A stretch of 63,108 bases of DNA, filler included, from Octopus bimaculoides (lineage: Eukaryota), in assembly GCF_001194135.2 (NCBI RefSeq). It is 5 parts of 5 records of this genome, joined end to end, with 100 filler letters (N's around TTAATTAATTAA, not from the genome) between each part and the next. Parts side by side here need not be neighbours in the genome. Positions count along the whole stretch, not along the records: positions 1 to 15,811 come from NC_068982.1; positions 15,912 to 23,596 come from NC_068988.1; 3 more parts are not named here. One strand, 5' to 3'. Under the pieces are notes generated by a model, which saw only the letters and a list, made by a program, of their open reading frames with translations, did no database searches and had not been told where the DNA came from. Shown here piece by piece: positions 11,407 to 22,475 of this stretch; position 1 is the stretch's first letter, and every line of letters begins with the position of its first letter. The position numbers were made by a program, and so were the translations under genes.

Positions 11407-12439
11407 NNNNNNNNNNNNNNNNNNNNNNNNNNNNNNNNNNNNNNNNNNNNNNNNNNNNNNNNNNNNNNNNNNNNNNNNNNNNNNNNNNNNNNNNNNNNNN
11501 NNNNNNNNNNNNNNNNNNNNNNNNNNNNNNNNNNNNNNNNNNNNNNNNNNNNNNNNNNNNNNNNNNNNNNNNNNNNNNNNNNNNNNNNNNNNNNNNNNNN
11601 NNNNNNNNNNNNNNNNNNNNNNNNNNNNNNNNNNNNNNNNNNNNNNNNNNNNNNNNNNNNNNNNNNNNNNNNNNNNNNNNNNNNNNNNNNNNNNNNNNNN
11701 NNNNNNNNNNNNNNNNNNNNNNNNNNNNNNNNNNNNNNNNNNNNNNNNNNNNNNNNNNNNNNNNNNNNNNNNNNNNNNNNNNNNNNNNNNNNNNNNNNNN
11801 NNNNNNNNNNNNNNNNNNNNNNNNNNNNNNNNNNNNNNNNNNNNNNNNNNNNNNNNNNNNNNNNNNNNNNNNNNNNNNNNNNNNNNNNNNNNNNNNNNNN
11901 NNNNNNNNNNNNNNNNNNNNNNNNNNNNNNNNNNNNNNNNNNNNNNNNNNNNNNNNNNNNNNNNNNNNNNNNNNNNNNNNNNNNNNNNNNNNNNNNNNNN
12001 NNNNNNNNNNNNNNNNNNNNNNNNNNNNNNNNNNNNNNNNNNNNNNNNNNNNNNNNNNNNNNNNNNNNNNNNNNNNNNNNNNNNNNNNNNNNNNNNNNNN
12101 NNNNNNNNNNNNNNNNNNNNNNNNNNNNNNNNNNNNNNNNNNNNNNNNNNNNNNNNNNNNNNNNNNNNNNNNNNNNNNNNNNNNNNNNNNCAAACACACG
12201 TACGCCTGCGCGCACACACACACACACGCAAACACACATACACGCACACCCACACGCACGCACACGCACACACACTCGCACACGCACATGCTCACATACA
12301 CACACATACATACTTATTCTTAAACAAGAATATTATTGATAGTGACATCGAAGTTTCGGCCAGTTAAGCATAAAAACGAACATTAACACAATATATACAC
12401 ACCTATACGTGACGTGTCTGTGTGTGTGTGTGTGTGTGT

Positions 12440-12568
12440 ATACGATGGGTTTCTTTGAATTTCCTTCTACCAAATTCACTAAGATATTGGTCGGCTCGTG
12501 ACACTTGCCCAATGGGACTGAACCCGGAACCATGTGGCTGCAAAGTAGCTTCTTAACCACACAACTGT
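12440..12568 (-). mobile_element. SINE family B head, partial
   Basis: GACACTTGCCCAA..GGGACTGAACCCGGAACCATGTGG..CTTAACCACAC. Confidence 0.8.
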
Positions 12569-12644
12569 TGGGAGGACTCGATTTCATCAAACAATGATTG
12601 AAATTTCTTTTGTCAGACATTCAAAAGCAGCAGTATATTCTGTA

Positions 12645-12939
12645 GTGTGGGGCATGTTAGTGACTCCCTGCTTCCGGTGTATGACGCCTCTGCACTACTC
12701 AGGGGACAACCCCTTCAGCCCGTGGCCCTATTTGAGTAGTTTTATGATGTCGGAGTGCAAATCCTAGCACAACCTCTTTTAGTCGCTTTTTACGACACCT
12801 AGAAGAAACGTTGGGTTCATAATTTGACATGCCTGTCCCCATAATAGCTCTAGAAAACTACACGGGCCTCGGTCTGGGAATCGAACCCACGATCTATAGA
12901 TCGTGAGTGAAACACTAACCACAAGGCCACGTGCCTTCA
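12645..12939 (-). mobile_element. tRNA-derived SINE with a Nin/Inv-like conserved domain and a possibly RTE 5'UTR-like tail
   Basis: Minus strand has B-box GGTTCGATTCC, then GGTGTCGTAAAAAGCGACTAAAAG (resembles TGTCGTAAGAGGCGACTAA of invertebrate SINEs), then CATACACCGGAAGCAG. Domain names are from recall. Confidence 0.6.
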
Positions 12940-12976
12940 TATCACTCTCATACTACTATTACTACGATTAATCGAG

Positions 12977-13340
12977 GCACTCCGTCGGTTACGACGACGA
13001 GGGTTACAGTTGATCCGATCAAGGAACAGCCTGCTCGTGAAATTAACGTGCAAGTGGTTGAGCACTCCACAGACACGTGTACCTTTAACGTGAGTTCTCG
13101 GGGGAGATTCAGCGTGACAAGACTGGCCCTTTGAAATACAAGTACAACAGAAACAGGAAGAAAGAGTGAGAGAAAGCTGTGGTGAAAGAGTACAGCAGGG
13201 TTCGCCACCATCCCTTGCCGGAGCCTCGTGGATCTTTAGGTGTTTTCGCTGAATAAACAAACACTCACGACGCCTGGTCTGAGAATCGAAACCGCGATCC
13301 AACGACCGCGAGTCCGCTGTCCTAACCACTAGGCCATTAC
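12977..13340 (-). mobile_element. tRNA-derived SINE with the family-C tail but a different central domain
   Basis: Tail GGCACTCCGTCGGTTACGACGACGAGGG is shared with 10830-11113. The centre is AAAACACCTAAAGATCCACGAGGCTCCGGC. Confidence 0.8.
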
Positions 13341-13603
13341 ATATCCACACTCCCATACTACTATTACAAGGATATGCAATTCCATATTTTCAAAGGTTCT
13401 CAACCCGAATGTTTATTTACGATTACTTGTACACAAGTTCACTGTCTTGTAAATCATCTTTAAATGTGATAAAATTTTGCTTCCAAATCAGATTAGATTG
13501 GAAGTCGATTAACTGACTTTCCAGATTTCTGTAATCCAACTCTTCAAAGATATTTAATTTCAGATCTGTAAAATCCGCAAAATCTTTTAATTTAAGCTCT
13601 TTT

Positions 13604-13808
13604 AAGATGTCGAGCTGACAGAATCGTTAGCAAACCGGGTAAAATGTTCGCCTGTCTTTGTGTTCTGAGCACAAATTCCGCCGAGGTCGACTTTGCCTTT
13701 CCACCTTTCGGGGTCGATAAATTAAGTACCAGTTGCGTATTAAGGTCGATCTAATCGACTGGCCCCCGTCGCCAAAAATTTCGGGCCTTATGCCTAGAGT
13801 AGAAAAAA
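13604..13808 (+). mobile_element. SINE family A
   Basis: GAGCTGACAGAATCGTTAGC..CCGAGGTCGACTTTGCC..GCCTAGAGTAGAAAA. Confidence 0.85.
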
Positions 13809-13821
13809 ATATGTAATTAAT

Positions 13822-13998
13822 TAAGGCGGTAAGCTGGTAGAATCGTTAGCACGCCGGGCGAAATGATTCGGGTCATTTCGTCTGTTTTACGTTATGAGTT
13901 CAAATCCTGTCGAGGTCGATTTTGCTTTTCATCCTTTCGGGGTCGATGTAATTGACCTTCCCTGAAATCGCTGTCCTTGAGCCCGAATTTGAAACTAA
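13822..13998 (+). mobile_element. SINE family A, tandem neighbour with an internal deletion
   Basis: AAGGCGGTAAGCTGGTAGAATCGTTAGCACGCCGGGCG..GAGTTCAAATCC. Confidence 0.85.
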
Positions 13999-14282
13999 TA
14001 TAAAGTTCATTGAGATACAAAGAAAAATCTACGAAAGACATTCATTAATTGAAGCAGCATCAATGAGCGGAGGCAAATGGTGGACGATTCCAGTTCCACT
14101 TAAACATTTACCAAACCTCTCTCGTTCTCGTCCACAACTCAACTACCGTACGTTATTAGTAATTTAGTGTAAACTAGTTCAAGTTCATTTAGAAGTAAAG
14201 TAAACTATTTTAATGCCTATCAAATTGACCCCTTTTCTCACAAATCTCATTAAGTCATCCGCTACTTCCTGATGGTTTATTT

Positions 14283-14508
14283 CAGTGGTTCTACACCATT
14301 TTCCCCTATTTTACCCGGATGGACCCTCATAACCGTTCGATGTTTGAAAAAAATCAGTTTTACAATGAAATTTTATTAGCAATTGTATAACATGTTTTGA
14401 TGTTTGGTGTATTGTAGAAGTAAAAGTAATCTATTCCACATATATTTTAACAAAGAATCTTATATGAACCCCCTAAAGGTCAAATGGGCCCCTAGTTGAG
14501 AACCACTG
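14283..14508. mobile_element. hAT (Charlie-like) MITE, 226 bp
   Basis: TIRs CAGTGGTTCT / AGAACCACTG. 8-bp flanks GTTTATTT and GTTAATTC match at 6 of 8 positions (degenerate TSD). No ORF. Confidence 0.75.
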
Positions 14509-14790
14509 GTTAATTCAACAGAAAACACGAGCGTACGACCGAAAGCTTTAACCTACTTTACAAAACCAACATTTCGCCCAAATATTTTAGGGATGCTATC
14601 AAGCGGAATCGGAACTGTTTTTGACAATTTTTTTATAGATAGACTTTATAGTCTTCCACGAGATATTTCAATAACAGTCTATTAGACCTTCTAACGCATT
14701 TTGAGGCAAATCCTGTAAGTAAATCGATTTCTCATGAATATAATCTCCATGTATATAATGAATATAACCTCCATGTAAATAGTGTGTGAT

Positions 14791-14845
14791 AATTTTGACT
14801 GAGGAGACCCATAATAAGGTCGAAACACCGCGTTGTCTCAAAGTT
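14791..14845 (+). ncRNA. Canonical type I hammerhead ribozyme, intact core, GUC site (cleavage after 14837)
   Basis: AATTTTGA-CTGAGGA-GACC(cataataa)GGTC-GAA-ACA(ccgcgt)TGT-C-TCAAAGTT. Stem I is 8 bp with one G-U pair, stem II 4 bp, stem III 3 bp with a 6-nt loop. Confidence 0.88.
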
Positions 14846-15811
14846 TGCTAAGGTCTGTGAATCGTGTGTGCTATGGACATACATCATTTAAAGAAAGATA
14901 TACTCCACTGATGGAAAACAACACCGATTGGCATAGTCGAAACCGGCCAGAACGCCTTGAGAATAAACAGATAAGTTATTGTTTGAAGTCTTCGTGTTCC
15001 ACCTGCATCTCATGGTAATAATAGTGTTAGTTCATAAAAATATTTCTCAGCTACACAACTTTCAATCGAAGACTCGATTAGCAAAATAAGTAAGCGTTTT
15101 TTCAAAGAGAAAAGTTACTTTACTTCATCTTTAATTTCTAAAATTTAACCAAATGAATTTCCGTATAAAGCAGGCGATATTTATACTGTTTTTTCATTTG
15201 ATTAGAAAGTATGTAAATAATATATTATTTGAGATTAAATTTATTTAATTTATCAAATTATTTAAACCTAGATATTGATAATTATATATATTTTAAAGTT
15301 CAAATTTAATTAAATCTATAATTTAAAAATAATACAAATAATGGTTATTAAAATAAGTTACAATAATATATATTATTTCATTATATTATATATCATCAAA
15401 AATGCTTAATTGTGTTGCCGAAAAATCAAACAGCAATAAAATTGATATATGTTTAAGAAATTGTTTAAAGTAATGATTAAAAAATAAGTACACACACATA
15501 CACACACATATGAACGTATGTATACATATATACATATATATATATGTGTGTGTGTGTGTGTGTATGTATGTATAACGATAATGAGTGCGTTGCAATAAAT
15601 ATAAGCAAATAATTAGAATATTTTTCATGATGTGTAACTTTGTAATTTTATTTACAATCCATTTAAATATGATTGCCGATATTATACTTTGTTCACTCTT
15701 GCCTTGCGTAACAGAGTAAATTATCTAACACATTCTTAAATATGTACGCGCACACCTTATTTTCAGAGCACCTAATATGTATCGGCAGCAATATATATAT
15801 ATATATATATA

Positions 15812-15911
15812 NNNNNNNNNNNNNNNNNNNNNNNNNNNNNNNNNNNNNNNNNNNNTTAATTAATTAANNNNNNNNNNNNNNNNNNNNNNNNNNNNNNNNN
15901 NNNNNNNNNNN
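15812..15911. other. Artificial 100-nt scaffold spacer (44 N + TTAATTAATTAA + 44 N)
   Basis: Identical constructs at 23597-23696, 43457-43556 and 49192-49291. The 12-mer has stops in all six frames. Confidence 0.95.
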
Positions 15912-16602
15912 GGGGAGGGGGAGGGGAGGAGGAGGAATGAAAGTGTGCAGAAAGAAATCTTTTTTATGGATGTTAGCAGAGGTCGTCTGCATTTGTAGCA
16001 AAAAGAAAAAGGAAGATAAAAAAGTAACAGAAAAGGAAAATGTAAAAAAACAAAAAGGAAAACAAAAACCGAAAGCAGCCGACAGTCAGTCAACATTGCA
16101 TACCTTACGATGCTTTTGGCAGCGTGCCAGAGTTGATCCATGATAGGTAGGACTATCATTAGATTGCGGGCAAATAATCTATGGCTCACCAAACAGACTT
16201 ACCAAACTATTTCAACTAAGAAGAACACACAGCTTCGACTTGGCTGCCTCCACCTCTCATACCGCCATTCGCATACACAAATGCGCTTATGCATGTATGT
16301 GTGTGTGTGTGTGTGTATTTGTGTGCGTGTGTGTGCATGTTTATACGTGCAGATAGACATACATACACACATAAACATGTAATGTAAACTAATATAGATG
16401 TTAGACTAATACACGAAAAATAGATACACAAGGAAATAGGAATAAAAATAGGTTGGTTGGGATTGACACATTGACTCACAAACACAACACACACGCACGC
16501 ACACACGCACGCACACACACGCACGCACACGCACACACACACACATATACACGTATGCATGAACCTTTGCACGGATTTGTGTGTGTGTGTGTGTATTTTG
16601 AA

Positions 16603-17008
16603 CTTTTACTTGTTTCGGTCATTGGACAGCGCCCATGCTGGGGTATTTGCCTTCAAGGGTTTTCACAAACAATTCGACTCCAGAACTTAATTTTTGCATC
16701 AAGGCTGGTTCTTATTTTGTCTGTACCTTTTGCCGGACTGCTAAGTTGTGAGGGCGTAAACAAACCAACAGTAATTGTCAAGCGGGGTAGGGGGAACAAA
16801 CACAAGAACAAAGACACACACACACACACACACACACATACGCACATACATGATGGGCTTCCTCACAGTTTCCGTCTTCCAAATTCACTCACAAGGCATT
16901 GATCAGCCTGGAACTATAATAGAAGGCACTTTGCCAAGGCACGGTGCCGCGCAGTGGGATTGAACCTTAAAGCATGTAGCTGCAAGCGAGCTTCTTAATC
17001 ACATAACC
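16603..17008 (-). mobile_element. SINE family B, full length with internal (CA)n
   Basis: Tail, microsatellite and head in the same order as 62514-63015. Confidence 0.85.
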
Positions 17009-17183
17009 TTGTCGTGAATATTTATGAGCAAGCTTTTGACAATTAATCGATTGACCTTTCTCAGGCTCCGGTTTTGGATGTCTGGGTTTGTAGCAGCAGC
17101 AACATCGTTTCAGATGAGCAGGAGAACATTTCTCTCTTGTGGGTCCAACCTGAGCTTTATAGAAGAAGGTTAATAACCGTTGC

Positions 17184-17455
17184 GTGAAGGAGCGTGGCCC
17201 AGTGGTTTGGGTGTTGCTCTCACGATCGCAGGATACTAGTTTCGATTCGCGGACCGAGCGGCGTGTAATATTCTTCATTTTACGTTCCTTTCGTCCATGT
17301 AAGTGGGTAACCCTGCAATAGACTATCATTCTGATCATGGGGAAAGTGGGTCTGATCACCTAACCAGCAGGATGGCATCATTCAAAAGCTTAAACGATGC
17401 AAAGCGCATTGTGACCAGTGATGTAAAACAATATCCGATCGTCTAATCGATGTAC
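17184..17455 (+). mobile_element. tRNA-derived SINE with the family-C head, a V-SINE-like segment and a distinct tail
   Basis: Head GTGAAGGAGCGTGGCCCAGTGG..CTCACGATC..TTTCGATTC. CCCTGCAATAGACT..GGGGAA resembles CCCTGCGATGGACTGG..CCAGGG. Tail GCAAAGCGCATTGTGACCAG. Confidence 0.7.
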
Positions 17456-19332
17456 ATTCATTACAAGAGATCCTCCATGGTAGTTTAGCTTCGGCCTACC
17501 GTTTGAAGTGCTCCTGAGCGTTCATATTTGAAGAGGATGAAGCGATGCGAACATGTTTTCGTGATTGGTGCAGTGACAGTGTATATGTATTGTCGAAACA
17601 AGATCTGTATGACCGCCATTGGAGGTTAATTTTGAAGAGTTTGTTCATGAAATTGGGACAAGGTTGACGAGGAATGTTTACCGTATTTACCTGCGTATAA
17701 GAAGCGCGATATTTTATTTCTGTTTTTAACTGCATCCAAAAATTGCCCTCCGTCTGATGACCGTGTTACTGCTAGAAGACCTAATGCCATAAACTGGGAA
17801 ACCAAATTAGCATAATCCCGCTAGGAACAATAAATATTGGTAATAATAAGTTGAAAACAAGCCAAATTATTGCAGACTATTAGCACAAACGAAAGCTTGT
17901 AGTTATGTGAAGAGATCACATCATCTCATTATACCATCTTCCCTAGTTTACTTATAATTTCATATTATTTAATGACTGTGTTACTTTAAGAAACATTTTC
18001 TTTTTTTAATTATCAAAATGAAACATTTGCCTAGAGAAACGAAAGGCAACGGATGATTGACAAAAAGACCATAGCGGGTGGCGTGCCACTCTGGTGGTCG
18101 ATCACGGTCACATGAAACGTAATAGGTTGGCTATTTTCTTAACCAAAATATAGACACAGTTGATCTGGGAGAAGATAAATTTGATATACGGAATTTATTT
18201 ATAAAATCATGGTTTCATTTCAACCAGTATACCGTCACAATATTGTACTTACACACAGAATCAGACATTTTTCTCAACTACAAAATCACTTTGAAATAAA
18301 TTTCAGTAGATGAATGATGAAACGTACTAATTTTTTTGTTTTTTCCCCCGCAAAATATTGCCGTAAAATAGTACTTCTTGTACGAGAGTGGGTTTTATAT
18401 GTCGATAAACACGGAAGGTTGTAGATGACGCTTGGGCGCGAAAATTCGGAGAAGAATGAAAGATAATATCATGTGTGTAGGAGTGAGTGTTATTGGGTGT
18501 GGCGACATCTACATCTCCGCCTATCTCGCCCGCAATTTACATCACCAGAAATGCTTAGAAACAAAACAAATTACGACGCAAAAATTTATCTAGAAACCAG
18601 CAACGACAAAATGGCGTATAAATTCATTAAATTGGAAAACTATTTTAGAAAAAAATGAGGCCCACAGGAAACATTTAAACGGTTCTGTAGTCTCTTATAT
18701 TAAAGACATTATGTCTGAAAAACGTCGACAGCATAATTATGGTTGGAACCCCTTTGATTATAAATTTATGTCTGCTCGGGGTAACAAGCGAACCTAAAAT
18801 CTAAAACAATTAACGAAAAAGCCGTACTCACCTCGTGAGAGATGGCTGGCTTTACTGATGAAGTTAGTATTTTTAGGATAAATAGATTGGATTCAGATCA
18901 TCAATATATGTCGAGAGTCGAAAATAGTATCGACTCGGTTAGAAGCGATTCTTTCAAAGCTAAACTGCTGTGCTTGCATTAAGCCTTCTCACTTTTTCTG
19001 GGTTTATGAAGCGTTTTTGGTACATCCGTTTTGGTGATACCAATCAATGCACTAAATATCGCTGGTGTACGATTTTGTGGTACAAGCAAAATCTTCGACT
19101 GATCGCCGATCCTTGTTATCACAGATCAATCCGTGAAAAGCACAATATTGTTCACGATTGAGAATACTGTGTTATCTCAGATCAGTAATGAATGAATCAG
19201 TGAAAAACGAAGCTACATGTATTAATCTTTTTTAGAAACATGCAGAATTGTTTTCTCGTTTATTTTATGGTACGTAACGGTGTAATGTCAACACCGACCG
19301 TCTTGTGCTTTAGCCAACTGAAACGGTGTACC

Positions 19333-19429
19333 TGGGAGACACTTGCCTAAGGTGACGTACAATAGAACTGAGCCCGAACCTACGTGGTTTCAAAGGGAGA
19401 TTCTTAACTACTCAGCTATGTTTGCGCCT
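19333..19429 (-). mobile_element. SINE family B head, degenerate
   Basis: GACACTTGCCTAAGGTG..GAACTGAGCCCGAACC..TTCTTAACTAC..GCGCCT. Confidence 0.7.
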
Positions 19430-19439
19430 CCTAATAGTC

Positions 19440-19575
19440 CTTTCTACTGGAGGCACAAGGCTTCAGATTTGGTGGGAAGGGACGAGTCGATTACATCAAC
19501 CCCAGTGTTTCACCGGCACTTAATTTATCGACCCCGAAAGGGTAAAAGGCAAAGTCGACCTCGGTTGACTTGCGC
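19440..19575 (-). mobile_element. SINE family A, 3' half
   Basis: GGCACAAGGC..TCGACCCCGAAAGG..GGCAAAGTCGACCTCGG. Confidence 0.8.
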
Positions 19576-20001
19576 TTCATAATAATAATAATATCACCTC
19601 AGCCGACAATAGTTGAAGCGTTAATACTAGAAATAGAAGTAATAAGAACATAGATAGATGAAGGCGAAGAGTTAGAGGAAGAGAGATAAAATAAACGGAG
19701 GAACAGAGATGGGGGCGGGTGGAAAAATGTGAGAACGAAGAATGAGTTGAGGTTTGGCTTCAAAGCTGCGCATTCTCTGCTGGCGGTATGGCATTCTTTT
19801 GGCTTCCTATATAAAACTTTCAAATCTCATTCGTTGTTTATCGCAAACTGACAAGAACTGCCTGACACATCTTTTAAAAAGCTGTAGATTATACACTAAA
19901 TTGTACTTATAAACAAGCAACCAATTCCCATTTCTCACATCGCTACCAAGCGTGTGTGAGTCAGTGTCGTGGCTGACGTCACTACAGAAGTTAGCAGGTA
20001 G

Positions 20002-20011
20002 AATGATAATG

Positions 20012-20083
<72 letters not shown>
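20002..20083 (+). repeat. (AAT)n microsatellite
   Basis: Direct trinucleotide run. Source of the poly-I and poly-Y pseudo-ORFs. Confidence 0.95.
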
Positions 20084-20565
20084 TAATATATGAACGAAAA
20101 TAAAACAACTAATGCTGAGCCCATCTGCTAATGTGAACATTCGACGAAGAATGTGGACGAATATGAGAAAATCCGTATAGAAGAAATTCGAACCAAGCGG
20201 AAATGAAGTAGTACTGGGATATGCTGAAATTTGATTGGTTAACTGGTTCGTCACATGATTTAATAAGTATTTCATTAAGATAGGTAAACTAAAAGGAAAG
20301 TTAGTAATTCTATACGTGTTTTAGAAGATAGATAAAAGTAAGAGGAAGAAGAGTTTGATATACGAAAAATCAAAGGAAAAAGAAATGAAGAAAATTTAAT
20401 GAAGAAGGATGTAGGAGATGATTAGTACGAATTTGAAAATGAGGCTTAAAATATTCATCAAAATATGCAACTATGAAATATTTCTTTCTGATAACATACC
20501 GCTTTTTTACATAGGCTAGGCACGACGCCATTAAGTTTGGAGGCAGTAATTAAACTAAGTCTTAA

Positions 20566-20765
20566 TCTTATCTTTTACTTTCGACTCATTTCAGTCGTTG
20601 GACTGCGGCCATGCTGGAGCACCGCATTGACAGGTTTAATCGAAAAAAATCCACCATCACTCTTGACGAACTTTTGAGTTACAGTGATGTAAATATACCA
20701 ACACCGGTTGTCGAGCGGTAGTGGGACAGGCACAAACATAGAGATACACGCACACACATACATAT
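20566..20765 (-). mobile_element. SINE family B tail
   Basis: GACTGCGGCCATGCTGGAGCACCGC..CCAACACCGGTTGTCGAGCG. Confidence 0.8.
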
Positions 20766-20966
20766 GGTTTTCGTCATAAGAATTTAGAAACTTCGAGAGA
20801 ACTTGAAATAATTTTTTTTTTTTTTATCAGTGCAACTCGAAGTAACTCGAAGTAAATAAGGTTATAAAATATAAGTCTGCAACTATTGAATTTAAAAAAA
20901 ACCTTTGAATGGAAAAAGAAGAAGGGATTTTTGACCCAATCTTAACTATTATCTATTGTTTTCTAC

Positions 20967-21009
<43 letters not shown>

Positions 21010-21060
21010 CATACATACATACGTATATATGTGTGTTTATGTATGTATGTATATATACTT

Positions 21061-21294
21061 TAGGCGGCAAGCTGGCAGAGACGTTAGCACGCCGGGCGAA
21101 GTGCTTAGCGGTATTTCGTCTGCCGTTACGTCCTGAGTTCAAATTCCACTGAGGTCGACTTAGCCTTTCATCCTTTCGGAGTCGATAAATTAAGTACCAG
21201 TTACGCACTGGGGTTGATGTAATAGACTTAATCCCTTTGTCTGTCCTTGTTTGTCCCCTCTATGTTTAGCCCCCTGTGGGCAATAAAGAAATAA
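21061..21294 (+). mobile_element. SINE family A variant with an alternative tail (..GTTTGTCCCCTCTATG..AATAAAGAAATAA)
   Basis: Family A head and body, but the 3' end differs from other A copies and matches 48938-48965. Confidence 0.85.
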
Positions 21295-21329
21295 ATATTC
21301 TTTATAGTATATTATAAAACGAAATACGG

Positions 21330-21625
21330 TGTCATTAATATTAGCAAAGGGCCCAGACTGGCAAATATCCTGAAGCAACTTAAAAGTTCTCAGAGGAAAC
21401 ACTAACATCACGGCTGGAGTCATAGTCTTGCTCTCTGGTGATTTCATACCAACTCTTCAATCAAACATAAGGGGAGACCTGCTGACGAGTTGAGAGCATG
21501 TTTCACAGAAAGCTAGATTTGGAGATGGGAGGGAAGAAATATCATCTTCCTACCAACGTAAGTGCTGCACTTAACGGATATATCTCAGTAACCCAGTTTG
21601 AAAAACGTCTTTCTTCAACAGGGTC
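21330..21625 (+). pseudogene. Helitron-type PIF1 helicase remnant
   Basis: Frames join to NISKGPRLANILKQ..LRGNTNITAGVIVLLSGDF..RG(R)PADELRAC..IW..LPTNV..LNG..QF. This matches PIF1 motifs (VLL.GDFRQ, P.DE..AC, L..NMR). The WDE motif region is deleted. Confidence 0.75.
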
Positions 21626-22475
21626 ACGGTTAGCACTCAACTAACACTGAACATGGAGATATCAAAAGAGAAAGAAATTGAGATACAATCACGAACAATT
21701 CTCTACGATTATTACTGGGAATTTATCCTTGCTTTTCACAGAAAATTAGAAGCAATGGGTGTATACACTTAAATATTTCCGGTGAAAATATTTACAATTT
21801 CTTCACAACGATACCATATTAGTTTACAGACCCCACCCTCTTCTCTATCACTTGGTATTTTTAGTATCGTTATAATTTGTATAGAAAATCAATAGAGATA
21901 ATCTTAACAAGCGATTTTCTCATATTGGACATGAGACGATCAATGTGTTTTAAGCTGAGTGACATTTCGAACGTATGTATGCACACATACACACGTATAC
22001 ATACAGTCTAACATGCACAAACGTGTGTGTGTGTGTGTGTGTCAGATGGTGTTTAAGTGTAAACTTCAAAAGCATCATTCCTCGCATAGATTTCTAAGTC
22101 AAACTGCTGCCTTTTCCGCATTAAAGAAATTCTTGAGACGGTTGACGAGAGTCGGTGGATGTGACACGGAAGGCAGAGGTCAGAAGACAGTAGCGGTTAG
22201 AGGATAGAAGATGGAAGTTGAAGGAGGAAAGTGGTGTTGGAATGTCCTCTCCTTATTGTGGTAGGTGTTAGAAACAATGTCAGCTGGAAGGATGCACAGA
22301 TCATTCCCTCTGGAAATAGAAACGAAAAGGAATTTCCTCAAAATATGAGAAATAAACAGGAAAACAGAATTGTCGGAAAAAATACGAATGAAAATTTATC
22401 CATTTATGAATATCTTACAGAAACATACACTCACATGCACGTATACACACACACACAGACATATACACGTTTATA

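Noticed and set aside
15856-15867. TTAATTAATTAA recurring four times at the centre of 100-nt N blocks, resembling a conserved motif or spaced array
   Set aside because: It is an assembly spacer with stops in six frames, always 44N+12+44N, so not biological.
17679-17709. TACCGTATTTACCTGCGTATAAGAAGCGC, a pogo/Tigger-like terminal sequence
   Set aside because: Only one end was found, with no matching TIR or transposase, which is too little to call an element.
21481-21515. CTGACGA...GAAA spacing
   Set aside because: No stems II or III, and it lies inside the Helitron helicase coding remnant.
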